Assembly (NCBI GenBank): GCA_039714395.1
Contig: JBDLJH010000017.1
Coordinates: 9,006-73,005, forward strand
Direction of reading: 5' to 3'
Source: Pseudomonadota bacterium
Lineage (GTDB): Bacteria; Pseudomonadota; Gammaproteobacteria; Thiohalomonadales; Thiohalomonadaceae
Length of the DNA stretch: 64,000 nucleotides
Shown: one piece after another, positions 9,948 to 19,701 of the stretch
Layout of the letters: the number at the start of each line of letters is the position of its first letter
Position numbering within the stretch: the stretch's first letter is position 1
Position numbers and translations under genes: made by a program
Notes under the pieces: model-generated
The model's input: the letters and a program-made list of their open reading frames with translations, nothing else
The model's database searches: none
Told to the model about the DNA's origin: nothing

Positions 9948-10712
9948 ATGACTATTGATACTTTGCTGCTTTCGCTGTTGATTGCGGTACTGATAGCACA
10001 GTTATTGCTACTCTATCGTTCGTTTTCGGCTACGAAAGGTCAGCGGAAGATCCAGGTGCAGATGCAACTGTCTGTTAAGGACGAGGTGCGTGGACTGTTT
10101 AATCAGTTTGAGTCATATCAGTTCTTGCGTGACCGTTTGAATTTGCGTCAAGGCATGCCCTATACGCGTGACTGGTCGGCTAGTCCTGATTTTCTCAAGC
10201 TTATTGTCGAACATTGTCTGGAGGATAAGCCGGCCACGGTAGTGGAGTGTAGTAGCGGCCTCACTACGGTGATGCTGGCACGCTGTTGTGAACTTAATGG
10301 TGCTGGCGAGGTGATTAGCCTGGAGAATGGTGCGGGGTATGCTGCGAAGACACGCGAGCATGTTGCCCGTTACGGGCTGCAGCAACAGTCGACTGTGATC
10401 GATGCCCCACTACAGAGGTACGCAGTGGCAGGTACAGAGTATGATTGGTATGCCATCGAGGCGCTCCCTGACAAGGGCATCAATATGCTGGTAATCGACG
10501 GGCCCCCCGGATTTATTCAGGAGCACTCCCGCTATCCCGCTCTGCCACTATTGTTCGATAAACTGGCTGATGGTTGCGTGATTTTTATGGATGATGCAGC
10601 GCGGCCAGATGAAAAAGAGATTGTGAGGATGTGGCAGGCACAGTTCCCAGGGCTGGTGCACCGTTATGTCAATACCGAGCGTGGTTGTTCCATCTTAAGC
10701 ATAAATAAGTAG
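9948..10712 (+). CDS. membrane-anchored class I SAM-dependent methyltransferase-like protein
   Basis: 254 aa. It has an N-terminal TM helix. 'VVECSSGLTTVMLA', 'VISLENG' and 'MLVIDGPPG...VIFMDDAARPDEKEI' resemble the Methyltransf_24 / O-methyltransferase-like fold. Confidence 0.5.
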   Translation: MTIDTLLLSLLIAVLIAQLLLLYRSFSATKGQRKIQVQMQLSVKDEVRGLFNQFESYQFLRDRLNLRQGMPYTRDWSASPDFLKLIVEHCLEDKPATVVECSSGLTTVMLARCCELNGAGEVISLENGAGYAAKTREHVARYGLQQQSTVIDAPLQRYAVAGTEYDWYAIEALPDKGINMLVIDGPPGFIQEHSRYPALPLLFDKLADGCVIFMDDAARPDEKEIVRMWQAQFPGLVHRYVNTERGCSILSINK

Positions 10713-10920
10713 TCAGGAGTTGTAATTATTCCGCAGGAATAGGCACACTGAAATGGATATACAGAGATGACGCTCTACTTTTTGTGTGAAAAACCGCACC
10801 CCTGAACAGACCTTAACTACTCCAAAAAAACGTAAACCAGAAAGCGGGCCTTACTTGCTATAATCTCGCGTTAGATGCATGTGTTGCATCACCTGACATA
10901 CTATTAACAGGGAGGGATTC

Positions 10921-12819
10921 ATGGTTCATGTGAAAAACTGGAAGTGGAATTCTGAGGATGGTGCTGCCTGCTGCTCTGAAGAAACATCTCAAATACTTGA
11001 TTGTCCTTTCCAGCAAGTTACTAGTTTTGAACAGGTATTAAAACATATCCACCCGGAAGATAAGGAAGCAGTGATTCAGGTTGTAGAGGAATCTTTGCAA
11101 TCTTCTGCCGACTGTAAAATTGAATACCGAATTGTTCGACCTGATGGGGATATACACTATATCTATTTTCAGGGCCATGTAACAGAATGGACAGGCAACA
11201 AACCTCTCAAGATAGCAGGTACGTTACGGGATATTACTGAACATAAACTGGCAGAGAAAAAGTTGGCTGAAAGTGAGACCAAGTTCCGGACGTTGTTCGA
11301 AGCTAGTAGCGATGCCATTATGTTGCTAGATGAACGGGGTTTTTTCGATTGTAATCCCGCCACAATAGAGATGTTTGGCTGTTCCGATGTAGAAGTATTC
11401 AGCAAACTGCATCCATCTGAGTTATCACCCCCAACACAGCCCGATGGTTCTCTGTCCGTTCAGGCGGCACAGCAGAAAATTGAACAGGCCTTTCGTGAAG
11501 GTCGTAACTTCTTTGAATGGATGCATTGGAGGTTTGATGACCACCGCGAATTTCCTGCCGAGGTTCTGCTCACTGCCATGAGGTTGGGTGAGCGTGATGT
11601 TCTACAGGCAGTAGTGCGAGATATTACCCAACGCAAGCAAGCCGAACAATCAATCATCATGGCAAAGGAGGCAGCAGAGTCTGCTACAAAAGCAAAATCA
11701 GAATTCCTGGCCAATATGAGTCACGAGATCCGCACTCCCATGAACGGTGTAGTATCAATGAGCCAGGTATTACTCGACAGCGGGCTTGATAAAAAACAGC
11801 GGGAGTATGCCATGGCGATTACTCGCTCGGCGAGCAGCTTGGTTCTTATCCTCAATGATATCCTGGACTTGGCCAAGATCGAGTCACGTAAGATTGAGAT
11901 TACTATGGCTAACTTCCCGATTGAAGACCTGGCGCAGCACTGCCTGGATCTCTTCCTACCATTGGCTGAAGAGAAGGGTCTTTCATTTTATAGCGAGATT
12001 GAGGTTGGTAGTTATACTCATGTATTTACCGATCTGACGCGCCTGATTCAGATTACTAGCAACCTGCTAAGTAATGCCGTGAAATTTACGGAGCAAGGTA
12101 GAATCCGCTTTACCATAAAGCTCAGGGAGCTTGAAGGGGAAAATTTATTGCTACGGGTTGAGGTAGAAGATAGTGGTGAGGGCATCCCTGCTGAAGAACA
12201 ACAGCATATATTCGACCGATTTGTCCAGGTTAGTGATGGCTATTCCAAGCGTTATGCCGGGACTGGATTGGGCCTGACTATATCAAGTGAGCTGTTAAAC
12301 CAGATGAAAGGTCGTATCTGGGTGACATCGGAGCTAGGTAAGGGTAGCTGTTTCTATTTTGAGGTACCGCTGAAAAGGGCGGAAATGGAGATAAAAACTG
12401 TTACGCTGAAGAGTGACATGCCTATTCTGAATGATCAGCATATCTTAGTAGTAGATGATGATGATATAGGCCGAATGGGAGCTGCACTATTACTAAGGAA
12501 TAGGGGGTTTCAGGTTTCGACTGCGAACAATGGTAACCAAGCCATAGAATTGATTCGCAAAGAGACATTTGATGTTGTGCTAATGGATATCCATATGCCT
12601 GAGTTGAACGGTATGGAAGTTACAAGGTGCATACGAGAAGATTCTGATCCTGACATTGCCCGGTTGCCTGTGATTGGCCTGACCGCAGCTGTACTTAAGG
12701 ATGAACATCAGCTTTACCTTGAGTCCGGAATGAACTCTGTATTGGCAAAGCCATTGGACATTGAGAAAGTTAAAGCCGCTTTATTCGATATTCCAATGCA
12801 CAGTTATTCTGCACAATAA
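10921..12819 (+). CDS. PAS-domain hybrid sensor histidine kinase / response regulator
   Basis: 632 aa. Two PAS-like segments, H-box 'FLANMSHEIRTPMNG', N/G boxes 'LLSNAVKFT' and 'GTGLGLTIS', and a C-terminal receiver 'ILVVDDD...VLMDIHMPELNG'. Confidence 0.9.
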   Translation: MVHVKNWKWNSEDGAACCSEETSQILDCPFQQVTSFEQVLKHIHPEDKEAVIQVVEESLQSSADCKIEYRIVRPDGDIHYIYFQGHVTEWTGNKPLKIAGTLRDITEHKLAEKKLAESETKFRTLFEASSDAIMLLDERGFFDCNPATIEMFGCSDVEVFSKLHPSELSPPTQPDGSLSVQAAQQKIEQAFREGRNFFEWMHWRFDDHREFPAEVLLTAMRLGERDVLQAVVRDITQRKQAEQSIIMAKEAAESATKAKSEFLANMSHEIRTPMNGVVSMSQVLLDSGLDKKQREYAMAITRSASSLVLILNDILDLAKIESRKIEITMANFPIEDLAQHCLDLFLPLAEEKGLSFYSEIEVGSYTHVFTDLTRLIQITSNLLSNAVKFTEQGRIRFTIKLRELEGENLLLRVEVEDSGEGIPAEEQQHIFDRFVQVSDGYSKRYAGTGLGLTISSELLNQMKGRIWVTSELGKGSCFYFEVPLKRAEMEIKTVTLKSDMPILNDQHILVVDDDDIGRMGAALLLRNRGFQVSTANNGNQAIELIRKETFDVVLMDIHMPELNGMEVTRCIREDSDPDIARLPVIGLTAAVLKDEHQLYLESGMNSVLAKPLDIEKVKAALFDIPMHSYSAQ

Positions 12820-13086
12820 TAGCTTGGTTATTCATCTCATTTACAGAAGCCATGGGCACGTAGCCTCCTGGCGGCTGATTCTAGCTAATACTGGTAGTTA
12901 AGTCAGCTGGTGGGTATGAAGCAGGGTAGATCTCTGCTGGGAAGCAAATAAGGACGGTTACACCTCTAGATTAATCTGTATAGACAAAAATGCACTATAC
13001 ACAAACTTACATGCTACCAACAAAGGCCTATATTTGACTGAGTATTTCCTTATACTGGAGGAATACAGTTTAAAGATGAGGTCAGA

Positions 13087-15381
13087 ATGTCTGCTTCAGA
13101 GGATCACACACTTCACTACCGGCTGATGTTCTCCGAGAACCTGGCTGTCATGCTGCTTATCAATCCCGATGATGGCAGGATAATCGACGCTAGTATGGGT
13201 GCTTGCCAATACTATGGGTACTCACTGTCCGATCTGACGACGATGAGCATCTTTGACATCAATGTCATGAGCAAAGATGAGATCGACGTCGAGATGAAGC
13301 GAGCCAAGGAAGAATCAAAAAACCACTTCAACTTTAGCCACCGGCTTGCTTCGGGAGAAGTCCGCGACGTGGAAGTCTACTCCAATCCAATTCCCATGGA
13401 GGGCCAGAAGTTTCTCTACTCAATTATCCACGACATTACCGAGCGCAAACAGGCGCAAGAGCAATACCGCCACCTCTTCGAACGAACTGGAACAGGGATG
13501 GCTGTGCTTGAGGCCGACGGTACCCTGTCATTGGTCAACCGCACATTCGCCCAGCTCGCAGAGGCTGACGAGTCAGAAATTATCGGTCACTCCTTCCTGG
13601 AATGGGTGGCTGAGGCGGATAAAGAACGGATGCAGGAATACCACCTGAAACGCCTTCATGGAGAGGATGCACCAGATAACTATGAATTTCAGTATAAGAC
13701 TCTAAAGGGTCACAGGGGTTGGGCGCTGCTGAACATCTCATTTTTTCCAAATTCTGGCAGAACCATGGTCTCTGCAATCAATATTACCGAGCGCAAGCAG
13801 GCAGAGCAAAAGTTGCAACAGGCAAATGTTGTTGTTGAGAGAAGTCCAGCAGTGCTCTTTCAGTGGAAAGCAACTAAGGGGTGGCCGGTAAAATTTGTTT
13901 CCAGAAATGTGAATCAATTTGGATATACAGCCGAGGAACTAATATCTGGTGGTGTCTCATTCATAGAAATTGTGCATCCTGATGATATTCAGAAAGTTGG
14001 CGAGGAGGTGGAAAAATATTCTAGTGCTGGAGTAGATGAATTCACTCAAGAATATCGTATTGTCTCGCCAACGGGGGAGATTTACTGGATTGATGACCGT
14101 ACTACGATTGAGAGAAATGCTGAAGGATATATCACTGGCTATCAAGGTGTTGTCATTGATATCACCGAACGCAAGCAAGCAGAGAAGGAAAAAGAACAGC
14201 TACTAAATGAGCTTCTGCACTCTCAGAAGATGGAGTCACTCGGCCATCTAACTGGAGGGATCGCACACGAGTTTAACAATCTGCTAGGGGTTATCAACGG
14301 ATTCACAGAGCTTGCAGTAACTAAGTGTATTAATAACGGAGATGAAAAACTTCTGGAATATATGCGTAGTATTGAGACTGCCAGTGGCCGTGCCACCAAA
14401 TTGGTTGCAGAAATGCTCGCTTTTGGTCGAAGCGAACAGGCCGACAATTTGCCACTAAATATATCTACTCTTATATTAGAAAACGTTAACACGCTACGTT
14501 CAACTCTACCCAGCTCAATCGAAATAGAAACTAAAATTGATCCATATCTACCTAGTGTGCTGATGAATCCAACTCAGTTAAAACAAATATTGATGAATCT
14601 TTCTATCAATGCACGTGATGCAATGGATGGTGTGGGTAAATTAACCGTTCGACTGCATGAGCTTCATGGCTTAGATGCAGAGGACTCCGTATCATACAAA
14701 CCTATTGGTGGAGACTGGGTTGAATTAAGTGTTAGCGATACAGGTTCAGGTATTGAACCTGAGATAATAAAAAACATCTTCAATCCATTCTTTACAACCA
14801 AAGATGTTGGTATGGGAACGGGAATGGGGCTTTCTATCATTTACCGCATTATGGAAGACCACGATGGACATATCTTACTGGATAGCAAACCCGGAAAAGG
14901 GACTACCTTTCGCTTATTATTCCCCCCTATTCCAAATGAAATCACTGAGAAGAGTGATTTAACAGATGAGTTGTCAGAGATTCCTGTTGGAGATGGATCT
15001 GAAGTTTTAGTAGTTGATGATGAAGAGATGCTGGCTGTGTTTATATCAGAGTTAGTAAAAGAATATGGTTATAAATCACACTATGTTACTGATAGTATAG
15101 AAGCCTTAAATTTGTTTAAGGAGGATCCTGACCGGTTCTCTATCTTGATTACCGATCAAACCATGCCAAAAATAACGGGGAAGGAGCTGGTTGATAAGTT
15201 GAAGACAATCCGCCCAGAACTACCTGTGATTATGTGTTCAGGCTATAGCGATAAAATTAATTCAGATGAGGCTTCTGAACTTGATTTCTCTTATATCAGT
15301 AAACCTGTTGATGCTGGTGACATAATGAGAGAAATCTCAAATTTATTAGTTCAAAGAAATCAATTAGACAATGTTGACTGA
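13087..15381 (+). CDS. multi-PAS sensor histidine kinase with C-terminal receiver domain
   Basis: 764 aa. Three PAS modules each end in 'ITERKQAE'. H-box 'GGIAHEFNNLL', 'NLSINARDAM', 'GMGTGMGLSI'. Receiver 'VLVVDDEE...LITDQTMPKITG'. Confidence 0.9.
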   Translation: MSASEDHTLHYRLMFSENLAVMLLINPDDGRIIDASMGACQYYGYSLSDLTTMSIFDINVMSKDEIDVEMKRAKEESKNHFNFSHRLASGEVRDVEVYSNPIPMEGQKFLYSIIHDITERKQAQEQYRHLFERTGTGMAVLEADGTLSLVNRTFAQLAEADESEIIGHSFLEWVAEADKERMQEYHLKRLHGEDAPDNYEFQYKTLKGHRGWALLNISFFPNSGRTMVSAINITERKQAEQKLQQANVVVERSPAVLFQWKATKGWPVKFVSRNVNQFGYTAEELISGGVSFIEIVHPDDIQKVGEEVEKYSSAGVDEFTQEYRIVSPTGEIYWIDDRTTIERNAEGYITGYQGVVIDITERKQAEKEKEQLLNELLHSQKMESLGHLTGGIAHEFNNLLGVINGFTELAVTKCINNGDEKLLEYMRSIETASGRATKLVAEMLAFGRSEQADNLPLNISTLILENVNTLRSTLPSSIEIETKIDPYLPSVLMNPTQLKQILMNLSINARDAMDGVGKLTVRLHELHGLDAEDSVSYKPIGGDWVELSVSDTGSGIEPEIIKNIFNPFFTTKDVGMGTGMGLSIIYRIMEDHDGHILLDSKPGKGTTFRLLFPPIPNEITEKSDLTDELSEIPVGDGSEVLVVDDEEMLAVFISELVKEYGYKSHYVTDSIEALNLFKEDPDRFSILITDQTMPKITGKELVDKLKTIRPELPVIMCSGYSDKINSDEASELDFSYISKPVDAGDIMREISNLLVQRNQLDNVD

Positions 15382-15725
15382 ATGTTGATTGCATCAGATG
15401 CGATATAAATGGATATCACTACGCAACCACTGACTCCTGATTAGGTTGGATTTATTAATTGTGTAAGTGGCCAATATTTTCGGTGGTAACTCAAAGATGG
15501 AGTTTTTCAACAGTATCTTCTAGAAGTGACTATAAGGCGAGTTATATCCAGGTTATAGGGGGGGTAAGGGTAGTTTCGATCCTGTGGCGGAAGCAAACGA
15601 ATAGTGTTGTTTAAGTCAGGATTCGGTTGATGTCACCTCGCGTAGCAGAAATATAGCCGCAAGTAGCTAATTTGAGACTAAATACAGCCGAAAAATTATT
15701 GTGGTGATGTTTTAATTTAGTGTAG

Positions 15726-16277
15726 CTAATTTGACGCGTTATGGCAGGTCTCCCATTCTGCCAGTGCCGCTTCCAAATCTCCTTCGGCACCGATCTGTAG
15801 CCAGAAGCTAGTAAAGTCCTCTTTGGCATGTTCCAGCTGGAACGGCATCCTCATGGATTTGTCCTTCAGGAAGTGTTCGATATTTGCCTCGACGGTATCG
15901 AGGTAGTCGAGTGCAACTACATGAGCTGTTGGCGTAGCCTGCAACTCTAGTAAGATCCCCTCTCGATAGGCCTGCATGATGCCGAACTCGGCACGGCGTG
16001 CAAAGCTCTCAGCTGTCTGTTCACGATCACGGCTCAGGTGCACGTAGAAGGCATTATCACCATATTCTTTGTCCAGCCTGCCGAGCAACCAGCTTAGACG
16101 GTTGTCTGCCTCTATGTGATCGTGAGGATAGTTGAGGCGTTCACTTCCAATAACACCGCTACGTGATTCATGCAGTGCGCTGAAGTTGGTGATGTGCTGG
16201 CAGGCGCGGATGAAGGTGGTGGAGCCGCAGCGGCCGGTATTGAGAATAAAGACGTTCACTGCAGTTGAGACTCCCAC
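15726..16277 (-). CDS. small sulfotransferase-like protein (putative; last gene of 3-gene operon)
   Basis: 183-aa ORF. An alternative GTG at 16259 overlaps the upstream stop as GTGA. 'FILNTGRCGSTTF' resembles a PAPS 5'-phosphosulfate-binding loop and 'VHLSRDREQTAESFARR' a 3'-phosphate-binding segment. This assignment is tentative. Confidence 0.4.
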   Translation of the reverse strand: MGVSTAVNVFILNTGRCGSTTFIRACQHITNFSALHESRSGVIGSERLNYPHDHIEADNRLSWLLGRLDKEYGDNAFYVHLSRDREQTAESFARRAEFGIMQAYREGILLELQATPTAHVVALDYLDTVEANIEHFLKDKSMRMPFQLEHAKEDFTSFWLQIGAEGDLEAALAEWETCHNASN

Positions 16278-18028
16278 GTCTTACGGTCGTTGCGGTAATG
16301 AATAATGGCGTTAATGATATCGTGCCGGCGCTGTGCCTGATGTCCCGCTGAGTGAATCAGTTTGTAGCCGCTTGCCTCATCACCAAAGTTGAATTCCATA
16401 TTGGTGACAAAGTGGCTAAACTCGGCGCGAGACTGAGACAGGGCCTCTGTTTGTTGCCACCACTGCTCGCTCTCTTCAAACAGTGACCTGAGGGCCGTTA
16501 TCTTCTCCACGATCTGTTCGTGTTTGGTGGTGTAGTTACGCAGCATCTGCGCCTCGACCTCCTGCACTACAGACTCTACCTGCTTCGTTGTCAACGATAT
16601 GGCGGGGTAGCCCTGTGCAGTAAGTTGTTCCATGGAAAAGAGCATCACATCACCAAAGAACTGCCGTTCGAACTCAACAGATAGGTCGACACGTTGCTGC
16701 TTGCGATTAATGCCAGGGCGAAACTCTGAGTGGCCTATCTCATCCACTGTGCGCTTGTGAAGCATAGGCAGGTTGGCGGAGACAAATTTTTCACCTATTT
16801 CCGACTTTATGATGCGCCCAAGCACAGGGCCGGCCATCCGTAGTTTTAAAGTGGCGAAGGGGACGAAGTAGCGCAGCGCCTCGGCACGAAATATATAGTT
16901 ACCGGTGTAGATGGTACGCGCCGGGTTGATGGTGTCGGCAAGTAGCTGATGTTCGTAGTAGCTTTTGCGCGTTGGGTGCTCACCGTCGAAGAAGCGGTTC
17001 AGCTTGTGTGTAAAATCGGCAAAGCAGCTTGTGTGGTCATGTTCGCCAGTGATAGCACACTGGTAATTGAAGGTGTTTGTTTTTGTCTTGAAGCCAAACA
17101 GGTCAGCCATATCATGGTAGGCTGCATCGTCACTGTTTTGTACCTGATTGCCATGAAAGCTACAGGCACCATTGGCCCTGGTGTTGGCAATCAAGGAGAG
17201 GAAAGCAGTGACATCATCAAGAAAATTACTGGCCATCACGGAGGGGGAGACCGGCGGGTCACCTACTACCTTACCGGTGAGGATGGTGGTGTCACGTTCT
17301 CTAAATATTTTGTCGAGCTGGTAGAAAAAATTAATGGCGTAGAGATTACGTTCCCCCGCTTCAGTCTGCACCTTGACCTGGAATTCCTGGTCGCTGTCGA
17401 TAAAGTAGATGAGCGTATTGTCCCTGTTTGCAACCATCTCATTGAGTTTCAGGTAGGCGATGTTGCGCATCATCGAAGCGCCCTTGTGGTAGAAGGCATC
17501 GACCGGGTTATTGCCGATGATCGGTGTCAGCTGTGCACGCGTTTTATCATCGAGTTTGTCGAGCTGTGCCAGTTGCTCGCTCTGACCGAAGTAGAGGGTG
17601 GTGAGACCGCGATGGTCATAATCCGCTGCGATCTTGCGGTGGCGCTCAATGTTGTGTTGTTCCCGACTGTCGTCGGCGACGAGTACGGAGATCTTGCTGT
17701 AGTGTCCCTCTCTTTTGCCACCGTAGCCGAAGGTTTCACAAAGTCTGAGGGTGCTGCCCAGGCAGGCCTCCAGGTGTTGTGGACGGTCTGCTACCGGGAT
17801 GACAATGATGAAGTTGTGAAGAGTCCTATCTTTGGCCCGGAGTTTCTCCAGCTCTACAAATAGTTGCTGATACTTTGTGAGTAGCTTGTTGTTATCCGGG
17901 TGTTGCCACAGTTGATTTTCAGTCAGAGAGATGGCGTGGTGATAGATTGCCAGGCGTTTTTGCCTGTCGTTTTCGGTGTTGAGCTGTTGCCGCAGCTGCG
18001 CCAGTGTCACATCATAATTGTGGCTCAT
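16256..18028 (-). CDS. large uncharacterised protein with GT-A glycosyltransferase-like N-terminal half
   Basis: 590 aa. 'FIIVIPVADRPQHLEACLGS', 'VLVADDS' and a DxD-like 'IYFIDSDQEF' suggest a GT-A fold. The C-terminal roughly 200 aa look helical and I do not recognise them. Confidence 0.45.
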   Translation of the reverse strand: MSHNYDVTLAQLRQQLNTENDRQKRLAIYHHAISLTENQLWQHPDNNKLLTKYQQLFVELEKLRAKDRTLHNFIIVIPVADRPQHLEACLGSTLRLCETFGYGGKREGHYSKISVLVADDSREQHNIERHRKIAADYDHRGLTTLYFGQSEQLAQLDKLDDKTRAQLTPIIGNNPVDAFYHKGASMMRNIAYLKLNEMVANRDNTLIYFIDSDQEFQVKVQTEAGERNLYAINFFYQLDKIFRERDTTILTGKVVGDPPVSPSVMASNFLDDVTAFLSLIANTRANGACSFHGNQVQNSDDAAYHDMADLFGFKTKTNTFNYQCAITGEHDHTSCFADFTHKLNRFFDGEHPTRKSYYEHQLLADTINPARTIYTGNYIFRAEALRYFVPFATLKLRMAGPVLGRIIKSEIGEKFVSANLPMLHKRTVDEIGHSEFRPGINRKQQRVDLSVEFERQFFGDVMLFSMEQLTAQGYPAISLTTKQVESVVQEVEAQMLRNYTTKHEQIVEKITALRSLFEESEQWWQQTEALSQSRAEFSHFVTNMEFNFGDEASGYKLIHSAGHQAQRRHDIINAIIHYRNDRKTWESQLQ

Positions 18029-18042
18029 CGCTTATTTCTCGT

Positions 18043-19701
18043 TTAGCGACGTGATGAGTAGTTGGGAAATTTGTCCTTGTCGATCACCATCTCGATGAGG
18101 TTGATCGCGCCGCTGAGGTCGTCCTGTGCGAACATCTGTTCCACGTCGGCCTCGGTCTCAAGTTTTCGATAGTTAACGCCAAAGGATTTGGCGAGCGCCT
18201 CGAAGTCGGGGTTAATAAAGTCGCAGTTAATGTAGCGTTGGTTGTAATGCTGATGCTGGTTCTTCCTTATCAGCCCCATGGTGCTGTTGTTAAACAGCAG
18301 GATGTTGAGTGGTAGGCGGTAGTTCACTGCCGTCATGATCTCCATACAGCACATCTGGAAACCACCGTCGCCGAGGATGGCAAAGGTCGGTTTTTTCTCG
18401 GCAAAGCGTGCACCGATGGCCGCGGGGATGGCATGCCCCAGTGACGAGACACCGGAGTTGGGATGGTAGTGGTTACCGCTGGCCACCTGAAAGAAGTTCT
18501 GCGCGAAGATGATATTGTCATCGAACACTACCGCATCTTTGGGGAAGGCCTGTTCCAGTTCGGTGAAGAATTTCTTTACCAGCGAGAAGCCGGACTGGAA
18601 GATCGCATAATCGCTGTTGTCGCTTCCCTTCAAACTTGCAATCAACTGTTTGGCCTCACTGCTGTCACGTTGTTTGCCTTCCAGGTGGCGCAGTAGGTCA
18701 TGCAGCACCTCGTTGATCTCGCCCTGCACCGCGATGTCGGCCTCGAACACCTTGTCCAACTGCTCAGGGTCATTGTCGATCTGCACCAGCGTGCGGTTGC
18801 CGAGTAGCGTCTTTTCCCACAGGTAGCTGGTGCGCTCGTTAAAGCTGGCACCAAGAAACAGGATCAGGTCGGCGTGGTCCACCAGATATTTGTAGGCGTG
18901 GCCGCTGGAGGTGACACCGAGGCTGCCCAGTGACATGGGGGACTGTTCGTCGATTACCCCCTTGGCCTTGAGGCTGCTGGCCACCGGGATCGCCAGTGAT
19001 TCGCTCAGTTGTGAGACCAGTAGCTGTGCCTGCGAGCGGATGCAGCCGTGTCCGGCGACAATGATCGGCTGCTTTGCCGCCAGCAGCGCCTCGGCGATAG
19101 CGGCGGTGGAGTGTGAGGCACCATTGAGGCGGCGCGGGCGCTTTGTGGTGACGATCTCATCGAGGATCGCATCGTCCACCAGCTCACTCTGTACATTGAA
19201 GGGGAAGCTGAGCAGCACCGGGCCGGGGTTGGGGGAGAGCAGGATCTTCGAGGCGCGGTTAAGCGCCTGAGCCAGGTAGTCAGTGCGTTCGATGATGCGG
19301 TTGTAGCGGGTGATGCCCTTGAAAAGGGAGAGCTGGTCGATGCTGCCACCCTCGCCGGAGCTCTCCTGCAGCCCGCCCTTGCCGAAGATATTGGTGGAGG
19401 TCTCACCAGTGATTACCAGTACCGGTAGCTTGTCGGCATAGGCGCTGGCGATGCCGGTAACCAGATTGGTGGCACCCGGCCCGGCGGTGGTGATGCAGGC
19501 TGATACCCGTCCCGAGGCCCGTGCATAGCCGCCGGCCATGAAGGCGGCGCCCTGCTCGTGCTTCACCAGCACGCTCTGGATGCCAGAATCATACAGGCGG
19601 TCGTATACGGGCAGGATATGTGCCCCCGGCATGCCGAAGATAGTGTCTATCCCCAGTCGCTGCAGGTACTTTACAATTAATTCACTTACGGTAACGTTCA
19701 T
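18043..19701 (-). CDS. thiamine-diphosphate-dependent enzyme (acetolactate synthase large-subunit superfamily, function unknown)
   Basis: ORF 18043-19806. Start moved to the ATG at 19701 ('MNVTVSELIVKYLQRLGIDTIFGMPGAHILP'), which matches the usual family N-terminus. 'TTAGPGATNLVTGIA' and the ThDP motif 'GDGGFQM...NN' are present. Confidence 0.85.
   Translation of the reverse strand: MNVTVSELIVKYLQRLGIDTIFGMPGAHILPVYDRLYDSGIQSVLVKHEQGAAFMAGGYARASGRVSACITTAGPGATNLVTGIASAYADKLPVLVITGETSTNIFGKGGLQESSGEGGSIDQLSLFKGITRYNRIIERTDYLAQALNRASKILLSPNPGPVLLSFPFNVQSELVDDAILDEIVTTKRPRRLNGASHSTAAIAEALLAAKQPIIVAGHGCIRSQAQLLVSQLSESLAIPVASSLKAKGVIDEQSPMSLGSLGVTSSGHAYKYLVDHADLILFLGASFNERTSYLWEKTLLGNRTLVQIDNDPEQLDKVFEADIAVQGEINEVLHDLLRHLEGKQRDSSEAKQLIASLKGSDNSDYAIFQSGFSLVKKFFTELEQAFPKDAVVFDDNIIFAQNFFQVASGNHYHPNSGVSSLGHAIPAAIGARFAEKKPTFAILGDGGFQMCCMEIMTAVNYRLPLNILLFNNSTMGLIRKNQHQHYNQRYINCDFINPDFEALAKSFGVNYRKLETEADVEQMFAQDDLSGAINLIEMVIDKDKFPNYSSRR

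Noticed and set aside
15555-15590. G7 run and 'GTTTCGATCC', which resembles a tRNA T-loop, in the convergent gap.
   Set aside because: No complementary T-stem, acceptor stem or anticodon arm can be drawn, so this is not a tRNA.
16949-17863. 304-aa ORF on the plus strand, antisense to the GT-A-like gene. The same applies to 34385-35191 (-) inside typA, 41323-42033 (+) inside ccoI and 59190-59852 (+) inside the RND permease.
   Set aside because: These are shadow ORFs opposite genes with strong family signatures. Their products are low-complexity (Arg/Gly/Val/His-rich), I looked for but did not find SD motifs upstream, and they have no recognisable domains.
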